From: Gemmatimonas sp.
GTDB lineage: Bacteria; Gemmatimonadota; Gemmatimonadetes; Gemmatimonadales; Gemmatimonadaceae
DNA length: 64,000 bases
NCBI GenBank assembly: GCA_031414535.1
Contig: JANNVQ010000002.1
Span: forward strand, 19,705-83,704
Direction of reading: 5' to 3'
The notes below the pieces were generated by a model. It saw only the letters and a list, made by a program, of their open reading frames with translations. It had not been told where the DNA came from and did not search any database. A program made the translations under genes and the position numbers. Below, one piece after another: positions 38,890 to 48,431 of this stretch; position 1 is the first letter of the stretch; each line of letters opens with the position of its first letter.

Positions 38890-40068
38890 CTAGCGAGTAG
38901 GCCAAGGTGGGCCCTGATCGCGACGGCTGACTGTGCGCATCCCGCGATACACGAATCGTTGCACGCGTTTGCCCTCGTACGTCTCGGTTGTGAAGATGTT
39001 GCCTCGCGAGTCCGTGGCAATTGAATGCACCGCGAAGAACTGGCCAGGCTGACGTCCGCCACCACCGAAACTGGTGAGCACCGAGAGCGTACGCCGATCC
39101 AAAACGTAGACCTTTTCGTTCTTGCCATCCGCGAGGTAAAGAAAGCGCTGGGCGCTGTCTTTGGAGAACGCGATGTCCCATACGGCACCGTCGCCGAGTG
39201 TGCGCGGCGCGATCTGCACCTCGTTCACAAACTGGCCGTTGCGCCGAAACACCTGAATGCGATTGTTCGGGCGGTCGCAGACGTATACGAGGCCGTCGCT
39301 CGCCGGCTCGGCGCAGTGTACGGGATTGCGGAACTGCTGGGCGAGCGGTGCGTCCGGATTGTAGGGGCCCAAGTTAGAGTCCGAAGGCACGTTGCCATAG
39401 GCGCCCCAGAATCGCTTGACCGCGCCGCTGGTCATGTCGAGTACCGCGACGCGCTTGTGTCCATATCCATCGGCTACAAAGGCCTCGTTGGCTGCGGGGT
39501 CGAACGAGATTTTCGCGACGCGACCAAAGTGTTCGGTGCTGCGACTATCCGCCGCGCGTCCCGGTACCCCGAGCGTGCGCACAAAGCGGCCGTCGCGCGT
39601 GAATTGCAGGATGTGCGAATCGCCCTGACCGTTGCCGCCAATCCACACATTGTCGCGGTGGTCAATGGCAATCCCGTGATTGGACATCGGCCAGGTGTAG
39701 CCCTCACCCGGCCCGCCCCATGAGCGTACGAGATTGCCTTCGGGGTCGAACTCGAGCACCGGCGGAGCGGGGCGGCAGCACTCGCCGGTCGGCGGGTTCT
39801 GCGCGGCGCCCACCTCGGTGCGCGCATTCAACGATTGCTCGCGATGGACGATGTACACGTGATCGCGGGAGTCCACGCCCACGCCGATCACCGACCCAAT
39901 CACCCAGCCGTTGGGCAGCGGCTTGGGCCAAAACGGATCAACCTCAAAGTGTGGCGCCTGCACCGACTGCTGCGCCAACGACGCGCTGAGTCGGTCCTGA
40001 CCGACCGCGAGACTGAGGATGGCCGCACCCAACACTGCGCCCACGAGAATCGTTCTCTTCGCTGACAT
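38890..40068 (-). CDS. Exported NHL-repeat protein, peptidyl-alpha-hydroxyglycine lyase (PAL)-like
   Basis: WPKPLP, NHGI, ADGYG, PVHC, DRPNNRIQVF, VHSI motifs. Confidence 0.75.
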   Translation of the reverse strand: MSAKRTILVGAVLGAAILSLAVGQDRLSASLAQQSVQAPHFEVDPFWPKPLPNGWVIGSVIGVGVDSRDHVYIVHREQSLNARTEVGAAQNPPTGECCRPAPPVLEFDPEGNLVRSWGGPGEGYTWPMSNHGIAIDHRDNVWIGGNGQGDSHILQFTRDGRFVRTLGVPGRAADSRSTEHFGRVAKISFDPAANEAFVADGYGHKRVAVLDMTSGAVKRFWGAYGNVPSDSNLGPYNPDAPLAQQFRNPVHCAEPASDGLVYVCDRPNNRIQVFRRNGQFVNEVQIAPRTLGDGAVWDIAFSKDSAQRFLYLADGKNEKVYVLDRRTLSVLTSFGGGGRQPGQFFAVHSIATDSRGNIFTTETYEGKRVQRFVYRGMRTVSRRDQGPPWPTR

Positions 40069-40154
40069 CCTCACTCCAGACTTGAAGTCGCTGCTATTGA
40101 AGGACTTGCTCCGCCCCCCTGTGGGACCCAGCGCATATGCTATATCTCTCAGCG

Positions 40155-41483
40155 GTGAAGCACCAGACGCGACTTTCTGTTCTCTGCGCATGCGCGCTCC
40201 TGCTGGCCACGCCGGCACGTCTCGTCTCGCACGAGATTCCAGCGCGCGTTGCCGTGCGTGCGTGGGTGGCGGCCCGTGATACCGTGCTTACGCTGCTCGT
40301 GCGCGTGCCGTTGGAGGCAATGCGCGATCTCGACTTCCCGGAACGGGCCAACGGGACTCTCGACATGACGGCCGTGCGCGGGCTGCTGCCGGACGCCGCG
40401 CGACTGTGGGTGGCGGAGGCAATCGTCGTCTACGCCGACGGCGCAGACGTGGGCCAAGGCAGGGTTCGCGCCGTGCGGGTGGCGCTGCCTGACGATCGAA
40501 GCTTTGCCACATGGCCGTCGGCGTACGCCATCTTCGAGCGGCCGCTGCTCGGCGACTCCGTGAGCTTGCCGTGGCGTCAGGCCTCACTGGATGTGGCGCT
40601 TGAGTACCCGATTCCGAGCGCCTCGGCGAGACTCGAGATTGCGCCGCGCCTCGCGCGGCTTGGTGTGCGCACGCTGAGTGTGTTCAACATCGTGGCCGTT
40701 GATGGCAGCGTTCGAAGCCTCAGCTACGAGGGCGACCCAGGGCTGGTGAGCCTAGACCCGCGTTGGTGGCAGAGCGCCGCGCAGTTTCTACAAGTGGGCT
40801 TTGCGCACATCCTCGGTGGGGTCGATCACCTGCTCTTCGTGTTCTGCCTTGTGCTCCCGGTGCGACGCTGGCGTCCCTTGGTTGCGGTGGTGACTGCGTT
40901 CACGGTTGCTCACTCCATCACCTTGGCTGCCGCTGCGAGTGGTGCGCTTCCAACGGCGCTGTGGTTCCCACCGCTCGTTGAAGTCGCGATTGCCGTTTCC
41001 ATCCTCTGGCTGGCGGTGGAGAATGTGTTGCTCCCCACCGAACGACTGGAGGGCCGCTGGAAGGTAGCGTTCGGATTCGGGCTCATTCACGGGTTTGGCT
41101 TCTCATTCGCGTTGCAAGACCAGTTACAGTTTGCGGGGAGCAACCTGCTGAGCGCCCTCGCGGCGTTCAATGTGGGTGTCGAGGCTGGGCAGCTGCTCGT
41201 GCTTGCCGTGTCGCTTGCAGTGCTTCAACTTCTGCGTCGGGGATTGCCCGCCGAGCGCGTTCATCTGCTGACCTGGGTTGGCTCGGCGTTGGTGGCTCAC
41301 TCCGCGTGGCATTGGATGACGACGCGTTGGGCGACACTCGCTTCCTATGAAATGCGCGTGGCGATGCCAACGTTCGATGGCGCATTCGCGTTGCTGAGCA
41401 TGCGCCTTGGCCTGATTGCGCTGATTGCCTGTGCAGCGGCGCTGGGCCTCCGGCAGTTTGTTTCACGATTCCTCCGTACCTGA
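40155..41483 (+). CDS. HupE/UreJ-family membrane protein with N-terminal soluble domain
   Basis: HILGG.DHLLF, TAFTVAHSITL, FGLIHGFGF, FNVGVE.GQ. Confidence 0.85.
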   Translation: MKHQTRLSVLCACALLLATPARLVSHEIPARVAVRAWVAARDTVLTLLVRVPLEAMRDLDFPERANGTLDMTAVRGLLPDAARLWVAEAIVVYADGADVGQGRVRAVRVALPDDRSFATWPSAYAIFERPLLGDSVSLPWRQASLDVALEYPIPSASARLEIAPRLARLGVRTLSVFNIVAVDGSVRSLSYEGDPGLVSLDPRWWQSAAQFLQVGFAHILGGVDHLLFVFCLVLPVRRWRPLVAVVTAFTVAHSITLAAAASGALPTALWFPPLVEVAIAVSILWLAVENVLLPTERLEGRWKVAFGFGLIHGFGFSFALQDQLQFAGSNLLSALAAFNVGVEAGQLLVLAVSLAVLQLLRRGLPAERVHLLTWVGSALVAHSAWHWMTTRWATLASYEMRVAMPTFDGAFALLSMRLGLIALIACAAALGLRQFVSRFLRT

Positions 41484-41487
41484 CCGA

Positions 41488-41919
41488 GTGCCCACGCTTC
41501 TCATTCTACTCTCCGCCGTAGTGCTCGCATTCGGTGCAGCCGCGACTGACCGACGCGCTGGTGACGAGCGCAGCACCGCCGATGGCGTGTACACCCGTCG
41601 GCAAGCTGACGCTGGCCGCGACGTGTGGGCACTGGCCTGCCAATCGTGTCACGCGCCCACGCAGCACTCCGGTGCCACGTTTAAGGCCAACTGGTATGGT
41701 CGTTCACTGGGCGAGCTGCTGGTGTACCTGCGCCGCGAGATGCCCAAGAACGAGCCGGGGACGCTCAGCGATGAGGAGTACATCACGCTCATCGCCTACC
41801 TGATGCGTGTGAACCGGATGCCGCCTGGCCAAGCCCCCCTCGCGGCAGACTCGGTTTCGCTACATCGTATCCGCATTGACTCGCTGCCGTCCGCATCGCG
41901 AGACAGGAGCGAGCATTGA
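41488..41919 (+). CDS. Monoheme cytochrome c
   Basis: DGVYT..QA..G, CQSCH, MP...PG.L; signal peptide. Confidence 0.8.
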   Translation: MPTLLILLSAVVLAFGAAATDRRAGDERSTADGVYTRRQADAGRDVWALACQSCHAPTQHSGATFKANWYGRSLGELLVYLRREMPKNEPGTLSDEEYITLIAYLMRVNRMPPGQAPLAADSVSLHRIRIDSLPSASRDRSEH

Positions 41920-41953
41920 TTCCTGCAGGCCTCGTCACGTTCTGGAGCTACAA

Positions 41954-44191
41954 ATGATTCGTCTCTCCCACCGCGCTCTCGAACTGCGCACCCTCGCGCT
42001 GAGCACCCTCACCCTCGGCGTCCTCACGCTGTCTGCCGGAGCACTGGGCGCGCAATACGTTCGCCCGTCTACCGCGCCGGGTGGCGTGGGCCCGGTGGCG
42101 CGCCCTGATGCGCGCGGGAACGTGGCAGGCGAGTGGCGCGTCTGGGGTGGCGACGCTTGGAGCTCACGCTACTCGCCGCTCGATCAGATCAACGCGCAGA
42201 ACTTCAATTCGCTTGAGATGGCCTGGCAGTGGAACGCCGGTGCCTTTGGCGCGGACGAGTACTACCGAGCCACGCCGCTCTACGCCAACGGTCGCATATT
42301 CACGGTGGCCACCACGCGGCGCGTTGCTGTGGCGCTCGATCCCGAGACGGGTGAGACGCTGTGGTCGTATCGCCTCGATGAAGGCATCCGTTGGCAGAAG
42401 GCGCCGCGGCAGTTCGCGGGCCGTGGCCTCACGTACTGGACCGACGGCACGATTGAGCGCATCATCCTCGTGACGCCAGGTTATCACATGGTCTCGCTGG
42501 ACGCGCGTACTGGCATTCCGGATCCGCGCTTCGGTCGCAATGGCATCGTGGACCTGCAGGACGGCCTTGGCTTCCCGCTGGTGCCGCTCGCGGTTGACGA
42601 CACTGGGTCGCTCGTCATCTCCGACGCCGCACCGTTGCGCCGCGCGCGTCCCGGCGAGGGCTGGAATGCACAGACGCGCACCGGTGCAGATGGCAGCGTG
42701 GGCATTGATCCCGTGCACGGGCAAATTGCCAACAGCTCGCCGGCCATCATGGTGAACGATGTTGTGGTCGTCGGTAACTCGAGCATTCACGGATACTATC
42801 CGATTCGCGTGCGCAATCTGCCCGGCTTCATTCGCGGCTACGATGTACGCACGGGTCGCCAGATGTGGAAGTTCAATCTCGTGCCGCAGCCGGGTGAGTT
42901 CGGTGCGGAGACTTGGGAGCGCGGCTCGCGCATCGGCGACGAGGGCGTGGGCAAGAACGACGCTTGGGCCACCTACTCAGCGGACCCCGCGCTCAACATG
43001 GTGTACATCCCCGTTGGCATGCCGCTGATGGACGAGTACGGCGGTCATCGTCCCGGCAACAATCTCTACGGCAATTCGCTCGTTGCCATTGATGCGCGCA
43101 CGGGCCAGCGGAAGTGGCACTTCCAGATGGTGCATCACGACATCTGGGACTACGACAATCCCATGGCACCCAATCTCTTTGACGTCACGGTGAACGGCCG
43201 TCGTCGCCAAGTGATTTCGCAGGGTACCAAGCAGGGCTGGCTTTACACGTTTGATCGCGCCACGGGTGAGCCCATCTGGCCAATCGAAGAGCGCCCTGTG
43301 TTGCAGAGCGACGTACCGGGTGAGCGTACGGCGCCCACGCAGCCCATTCCCACGCGTCCCGAACCGTACTCGCAGCAGGGACTCGAGGCGGAGGATCTGA
43401 TTGACTACACGCCCGCGATTCGCGACTCGGCGTTGGCCATGGCGCAGAAGTGTCGGATGGGTCCGTACTACATCCCAGCCGTGCTCGCGGACGGTAGTGG
43501 CTCTACGGGACTGCGTTGCTCCTGGTATGCCCCGGGTGCGTCGGGTGGCGTGAACATTGATGGCGGCGCAGCCGTGGACCTCGAGACGGGGATGATGTAC
43601 GTGGCCGCGCTCAGCGGCTTGTCTACGATTTCGCTGCAGAAGGACCCCTGCTCGGAATTCGACTTTAGCTCACCTCGTGATAACTGCGGCCTGATTGGTG
43701 CGCTGCCGCCGCCAGCGGGCTACACGCCGCCTGCCAACCGCGGAGGCGGATTTGCCGGGCGCGGCGCAGGCTCGGTGCTGCATGGTGTGTCAATCTTGAA
43801 GCCGCGTGAGTTGGGCGGCATCACGGCGTACGACATGAACAGTGGCGACAAGCGCTTCTGGTTGCCGAACGGTGGTATGGTACCGCAGACGAGCACCGAT
43901 CCGCTCTTCGCGGGTGTGCAGATCGCGCCGCGGCCCGCGAGCGGGCAAGCGCAAATCATTGTCACCAAGTCGCTCCTCATCTACGGAACGGGCCGCTCGG
44001 GTGGCGTGCCCAACGCTACGCCGCGACTGTACGCGGTGGACAAGGCAACGGGGCGCGAAGTTGGCTCCGTTGAGATTCCCTCACGCACGACCGCCATGCC
44101 GATGACCTTCATGCATCGCGGGAAGCAGTACATCGTGTTCGCCACGGGCGCGGGTGCGAACACCTCGCTCGTCTCGCTACGTCTGCCGTAG
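41954..44191 (+). CDS. PQQ-dependent dehydrogenase (quinoprotein glucose dehydrogenase-like, soluble)
   Basis: RYSPLDQIN, W.FQMVHHDIWDYD, P.WPIEERPV, PMTFMH.GKQYIV. Confidence 0.88.
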   Translation: MIRLSHRALELRTLALSTLTLGVLTLSAGALGAQYVRPSTAPGGVGPVARPDARGNVAGEWRVWGGDAWSSRYSPLDQINAQNFNSLEMAWQWNAGAFGADEYYRATPLYANGRIFTVATTRRVAVALDPETGETLWSYRLDEGIRWQKAPRQFAGRGLTYWTDGTIERIILVTPGYHMVSLDARTGIPDPRFGRNGIVDLQDGLGFPLVPLAVDDTGSLVISDAAPLRRARPGEGWNAQTRTGADGSVGIDPVHGQIANSSPAIMVNDVVVVGNSSIHGYYPIRVRNLPGFIRGYDVRTGRQMWKFNLVPQPGEFGAETWERGSRIGDEGVGKNDAWATYSADPALNMVYIPVGMPLMDEYGGHRPGNNLYGNSLVAIDARTGQRKWHFQMVHHDIWDYDNPMAPNLFDVTVNGRRRQVISQGTKQGWLYTFDRATGEPIWPIEERPVLQSDVPGERTAPTQPIPTRPEPYSQQGLEAEDLIDYTPAIRDSALAMAQKCRMGPYYIPAVLADGSGSTGLRCSWYAPGASGGVNIDGGAAVDLETGMMYVAALSGLSTISLQKDPCSEFDFSSPRDNCGLIGALPPPAGYTPPANRGGGFAGRGAGSVLHGVSILKPRELGGITAYDMNSGDKRFWLPNGGMVPQTSTDPLFAGVQIAPRPASGQAQIIVTKSLLIYGTGRSGGVPNATPRLYAVDKATGREVGSVEIPSRTTAMPMTFMHRGKQYIVFATGAGANTSLVSLRLP

Positions 44192-44194
44192 AGG

Positions 44195-45253
44195 CTAGGG
44201 CCGCCGCACGTAGCGCTTGAGGGCGCGCGGCCCAACCTCGGCACCATAGATGACGCCGTTGCGATCCACCGCCACGCCTTCCGCGGCGCTGGTGTTGCGC
44301 GTCGTCTCCACGGGGTCAGGAACAAACCCGGTGACCTCGCCAGTGAGCGCATTCCCGATGCGGATGCCACGCGTCCACTCGGGACGCGTGGGGGCAATGG
44401 AGCCAGACTCCGAGTCTGCCACGTAGAGCACATCGTTGCGGTCAATGAAGAGTCCGCTGGCGCGCGAGAACTGGTACCAAGTGTCGAGGAGTACGCCCTG
44501 CTGGCTGTAAATTAGGATGCGATTGTTGCTGCGGTCGGCCACAAAGAGGCGACCGCGCGAATCCATCGCCAACGCGTGCGGTTGATCGAACTCTCCCGTG
44601 CCAGTGCCGACGACGCTGCCGAGCGTGAGGAGCAAAGTGCCGCGCGCATCGAACTTCAGCAGTCGGGCATTCGCGCCGGGCTGCGAAGAGTGGCCCTCTA
44701 CGACCCAGATGTCACCGTTGGGCGCGATGAGCACGGCGTTGGGCTGGTAGAAGTAGCCTGGTGCGCGCCCACCGCCGCGCGAGCCGAGCGTCATCAGCAG
44801 CTCGCCCTCGGGCGAGAACTTGAAGATCTGATGCCCGTAGAGCTTGGTGGAATCAATCACGCCCGCTTCTCCGGCCGCGGCCCTGAGCGCGGCGAGATTG
44901 TCGCGGGCGTCCGTGACCCAAATATTGCCCTCGCGATCCACAGACATGCCGTGTGGCCAAGCAATGAGCCCGCGGCCAAACGACTTCACAAGATTCCCGT
45001 TGGCGTCAAACTTGAGAATCGGGTCGAGGTCCGAGCCCACGCAGTTGTTGGCGGCGCAGCGCTCGCCCACCCATACACTCACGCCATCGCGGTCAATAGC
45101 CACCGCGCTAGTGGCGCCCCAAATGCGACCGGCCGGCAGCTTCGCCCAACCCTCCACTGTCACGTAGGCGTTGGGGCGATCGTTTACGGGAGCCTGTGCA
45201 CCTTGGGCATCGAGCGCGGTGGCGAGCAACACCAGCAATGCGAGCGGTCTCAT
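44195..45253 (-). CDS. Exported NHL-repeat protein (PAL-like paralogue)
   Basis: WAKLP.GR.WG, WPHG, QPHALA, ADRSNNRI. Confidence 0.75.
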   Translation of the reverse strand: MRPLALLVLLATALDAQGAQAPVNDRPNAYVTVEGWAKLPAGRIWGATSAVAIDRDGVSVWVGERCAANNCVGSDLDPILKFDANGNLVKSFGRGLIAWPHGMSVDREGNIWVTDARDNLAALRAAAGEAGVIDSTKLYGHQIFKFSPEGELLMTLGSRGGGRAPGYFYQPNAVLIAPNGDIWVVEGHSSQPGANARLLKFDARGTLLLTLGSVVGTGTGEFDQPHALAMDSRGRLFVADRSNNRILIYSQQGVLLDTWYQFSRASGLFIDRNDVLYVADSESGSIAPTRPEWTRGIRIGNALTGEVTGFVPDPVETTRNTSAAEGVAVDRNGVIYGAEVGPRALKRYVRRP

Positions 45254-46668
45254 TCGTCGTCGTCTCCGGGGCGCGCGGGTTCGTAGCTGGTGGTGGGGAA
45301 CACAAATGCCGCGTCGAGTGCCGGTTCGGTTGCCTCGCCGAGTACGCGCTTGGCGCCGTATTCACCGAGGAGCGGCGCAAACTTGAAGCCTTCGGCCTGG
45401 CCAGCGCCCATCACCCACGCGTTGCTCGCGCCAGGCAACCTGTCCACGATAAAGTTGCGATTGGTGCTGCTCTCATAGTGACAGCTGCGCGTCTCCAGGA
45501 GGGGCGCCTCAGCCATCGCCGGAAACACGCGCTCCAGCACACGACGCGAGCCAGCGATGCGCTCTTCGTTTGACCACCGTGTGCTCACGTCTGGATCCTG
45601 TGCGCGCAGATCTGGTGCCGGCCGAGGCGGCGGGGGTGCGTCGGGTTCGTCGGGGCGCTGAGGCGGTGCCGGTGGGGCAAACGCTCCGCGCACGCGGAAT
45701 CCGCGCGAGTCCACGGGAAGCGCGCCCCAGCCGGTGACGCCGGGGACATTCCAACTCGGTATGTTCGGTGCGGTGAATCGTGTGTCGCCTTCGGGCGGCC
45801 CGAAGTAGCAGACGTGGCCCAGCGGCGTGCGCATGCGCTCGGCGAGCTGCTGCGGAAACACTTTGCGCAGCCAGGGACCGCAGGCAAACACGAAGGCATC
45901 GGCGCCAATGCTCGTGCCGTCGTCGAGCTTCACATCCTGCATGGCGCCGCTGCGCAGTTCACCCGGCGTGACGCGTCCAATGCGCATTGTCACGCCTGCA
46001 TCGCGGGCCAGCGCGACCAGTGCGTGCACGGATGCGCGCGCGCGAGCCACGCCAGCGTCCGGCTCGTGGTAGATCAGCGGGTATGCATCACTGTTGATCA
46101 TCGGCCAGCGCCGCTTGGCTTCGTCCTGCGTGACGCGCTCGTAACGCACACCGAGTTTGTCCCACACTTCGGTAGTGCGGGTGGTGAAGGGCTCGGCGCG
46201 TTCCCGCAGGATGACGTCGCCCGTCTGGACGAAGAAGCGCGTCCCGAAGCGCGGACCGTGTTCCGCGTCGAAGGCGCGCCAGCGCGAGATGGCCTCGCGG
46301 GCCCAAGCGGTCCACTGTTCGCTCGACGAGGCGCGGTCGCCGTAGGACGAGCGGATGCCGCGCGTTTCGTCGCCGCTGGTCGCCCGTGAGTTGGCGGGTC
46401 CGTATTGATCGAGCAAGGTGACCTGCGCGCCGCGGCGGGCGAGCTCGAGCGCGGTGGACGTGCCCCACACGCCAGCGCCCACCACCACCACTCGCGAGCT
46501 GGCCATGGAGCGGGGCAGAGCACGCGGCGATTCCTCACCCGACTCGGCCGCAGCGGCAATGCTGGGTACCGCGCCCGTCGCAACGAAGGCGCTGGCACCC
46601 AGTCCGGCCAACCTGATGAATTCGCGGCGCTTGAGCTCCGCAGCGTTACTGCCTGATCCGTCGGTCAT
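45250..46668 (-). CDS. Tat-exported FAD-dependent oxidoreductase (sarcosine oxidase/DAO family)
   Basis: KRREFI leader, VVGAGVWG, SGDETR.IR..Y, GFKFAP. Confidence 0.82.
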   Translation of the reverse strand: MTDGSGSNAAELKRREFIRLAGLGASAFVATGAVPSIAAAAESGEESPRALPRSMASSRVVVVGAGVWGTSTALELARRGAQVTLLDQYGPANSRATSGDETRGIRSSYGDRASSSEQWTAWAREAISRWRAFDAEHGPRFGTRFFVQTGDVILRERAEPFTTRTTEVWDKLGVRYERVTQDEAKRRWPMINSDAYPLIYHEPDAGVARARASVHALVALARDAGVTMRIGRVTPGELRSGAMQDVKLDDGTSIGADAFVFACGPWLRKVFPQQLAERMRTPLGHVCYFGPPEGDTRFTAPNIPSWNVPGVTGWGALPVDSRGFRVRGAFAPPAPPQRPDEPDAPPPPRPAPDLRAQDPDVSTRWSNEERIAGSRRVLERVFPAMAEAPLLETRSCHYESSTNRNFIVDRLPGASNAWVMGAGQAEGFKFAPLLGEYGAKRVLGEATEPALDAAFVFPTTSYEPARPGDDDE

Positions 46669-46797
46669 TGAGTAGGAGTTTAGACACGGCGAAGATGCGG
46701 CTTCTACCGTGGCTACGCAATCGCGCCGTAAAGGGTTGTCTGGGCGGCATGCAACAGGCTTGCCCGGATGCGGCCAGCGCGCCAGCTTCATTCCGTC

Positions 46798-47235
46798 ATG
46801 CCCTTCATGCGAACTCCGCTCATCGCCGCTCTGCTCCTCGGCGCGTCTTTCGCTCGCCCTGCGAGCGCGCAAGACGCGCTTCCGCCGACGTACTCCGATT
46901 CCCAGGCCGTGCGCGGTCGGCAATGGTTTGAGTCGGCGTGCCAGTCTTGCCACGAGGTAAAGGATATGACCTCGCCCGACTTCAAGGTGAAGTGGAGTGG
47001 GCGGACGGCCTTTGATCTCTTTGAGATTATTTCTTCCACGATGCCCGAGGCAGAGCCCGGCACGCTGGCGCAGCGAACCTATGTGGACATCGTCGCGTAC
47101 CTGATGCAGCTCAATGGAATTCCTGCCGGGACCACGGCGCTCTCCGCCGAACCAGCGGCACTCTCGTCCGCGCGGCTGAGCTTCACGCCGCACTCTACGT
47201 TTCACGCCACGCCCCACTTCACTCACCGGAGATGA
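46798..47235 (+). CDS. Monoheme cytochrome c
   Basis: CQSCH, TMP...PG.L; paralogue of 41488-41919. Confidence 0.8.
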   Translation: MPFMRTPLIAALLLGASFARPASAQDALPPTYSDSQAVRGRQWFESACQSCHEVKDMTSPDFKVKWSGRTAFDLFEIISSTMPEAEPGTLAQRTYVDIVAYLMQLNGIPAGTTALSAEPAALSSARLSFTPHSTFHATPHFTHRR

Positions 47236-47678
47236 ATATGCGCCGTCTACAGGCCGCATTCGTTGCACTTGCGATTGGTGCAACACCGCTGCTCGCGCAG
47301 AACGCGGAGCGCGTCCCAAGCGGAACTCCGTCGGCGACGCTTACCCCGGCGATTCGTGTGGGCAACATGGTGTACACGTCTGGTCAGCTTGGTATGCGTC
47401 GCGATGCCACGGATCAGAGCATCGGCGCGCAGACGCGCGCTACGCTTGAGAACATCAAACGCGTGCTCGAGCAGGCCGGCACGACGATGGAGAATACGGT
47501 GCGCTGCACCGTGTTTCTCACCGAGGTCGCGGACTTTCAGGGCATGAACGCCGTGTACCGCGAGTTCTGGCCGAACTCACCGCCGGCGCGCAGCACCGTG
47601 GTCGTGAAGGCGCTGGTGGTTGCTGGCGCCAACGTAGAGATCGAGTGTATGGCGGTGATGCCGTCGGCTACTCCCTAG
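47232..47678 (+). CDS. RidA/YjgF-family protein with signal peptide
   Basis: YTSGQ, MN.VY...PPARSTV, VEIE; N-terminal Sec signal. Confidence 0.85.
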   Translation: MNMRRLQAAFVALAIGATPLLAQNAERVPSGTPSATLTPAIRVGNMVYTSGQLGMRRDATDQSIGAQTRATLENIKRVLEQAGTTMENTVRCTVFLTEVADFQGMNAVYREFWPNSPPARSTVVVKALVVAGANVEIECMAVMPSATP

Positions 47679-47717
47679 GCCCGGCGGTACGAGCGGCCAC
47701 TCGCGAAGCAACAGACC

Positions 47718-48431
47718 TCACGGCTCTGCACTGCAGGTAATCGTCGGTCCCCGTGGTACCGCGACGCGTGCGCTGTCGCCGGGGATCGCCTGCGTCGGTG
47801 GGGCGAGTTGCAGCAGACAGCGCACGACGTCGCGCGAAAGTGTGAGGAGTCCCAAGTCAAGCCGCGAGACGAGGCCGCGGTAATCGTCAACCGCCCAGTC
47901 TCCTGCGCGGTAGGTGGTGACACCGCGGGCGATAATCGCACCGTCGTCGGGAACAATAATCTCCCAGTTTGCCAAGAGATGGACCTCGCCGGACGCTCCG
48001 CGCTCGGGCTCAACGCCTTCAAACCGCGTCACGTGCAGCTGCACGAGGTAGTCGTGCTCGGCGCGCACTGGCCATGGTGCCACGTCAACCGAGCGGATGC
48101 CCGGTGCGTTCGCGATGTATCCCGATACCGCGCGGTTTAGTCCCGTGCTGGGCGCCTCGGCCCAGCGATGAAAGCCAGTGGTCACAATCTGATTGTCAGC
48201 CCGCCGCACGACGATGGCCAAGGTTGCCAAGTATGGGGCGAGATCAAGTCGGCGCAGGCCGATTGCGAGTTCAGGCGTTGTGCTTGGGGTGGCGTCTGCC
48301 TGCGTCAGCATGGCTCCACCGACGACGTAGCGTTCCACCGGCGGCGACGTACGCGCGAGGCGGAAGCATCCCGAGGACGCCAGCGCGCAGGCAACGAGCG
48401 TTACTAGGCTTCGTACACTGTGTTGATTCAC
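47718..48431 (-). CDS. PqiC-like ABC transport auxiliary lipoprotein
   Basis: Lipobox SSGC, LAPYL, HRWAE. Confidence 0.75.
   Translation of the reverse strand: MNQHSVRSLVTLVACALASSGCFRLARTSPPVERYVVGGAMLTQADATPSTTPELAIGLRRLDLAPYLATLAIVVRRADNQIVTTGFHRWAEAPSTGLNRAVSGYIANAPGIRSVDVAPWPVRAEHDYLVQLHVTRFEGVEPERGASGEVHLLANWEIIVPDDGAIIARGVTTYRAGDWAVDDYRGLVSRLDLGLLTLSRDVVRCLLQLAPPTQAIPGDSARVAVPRGPTITCSAEP

Noticed and set aside
46669..47319. 217-aa N-terminal extension of the FAD oxidoreductase in the ORF track
   Set aside because: It overlaps the + strand cytochrome c gene; the Tat leader points to a start at 46668.
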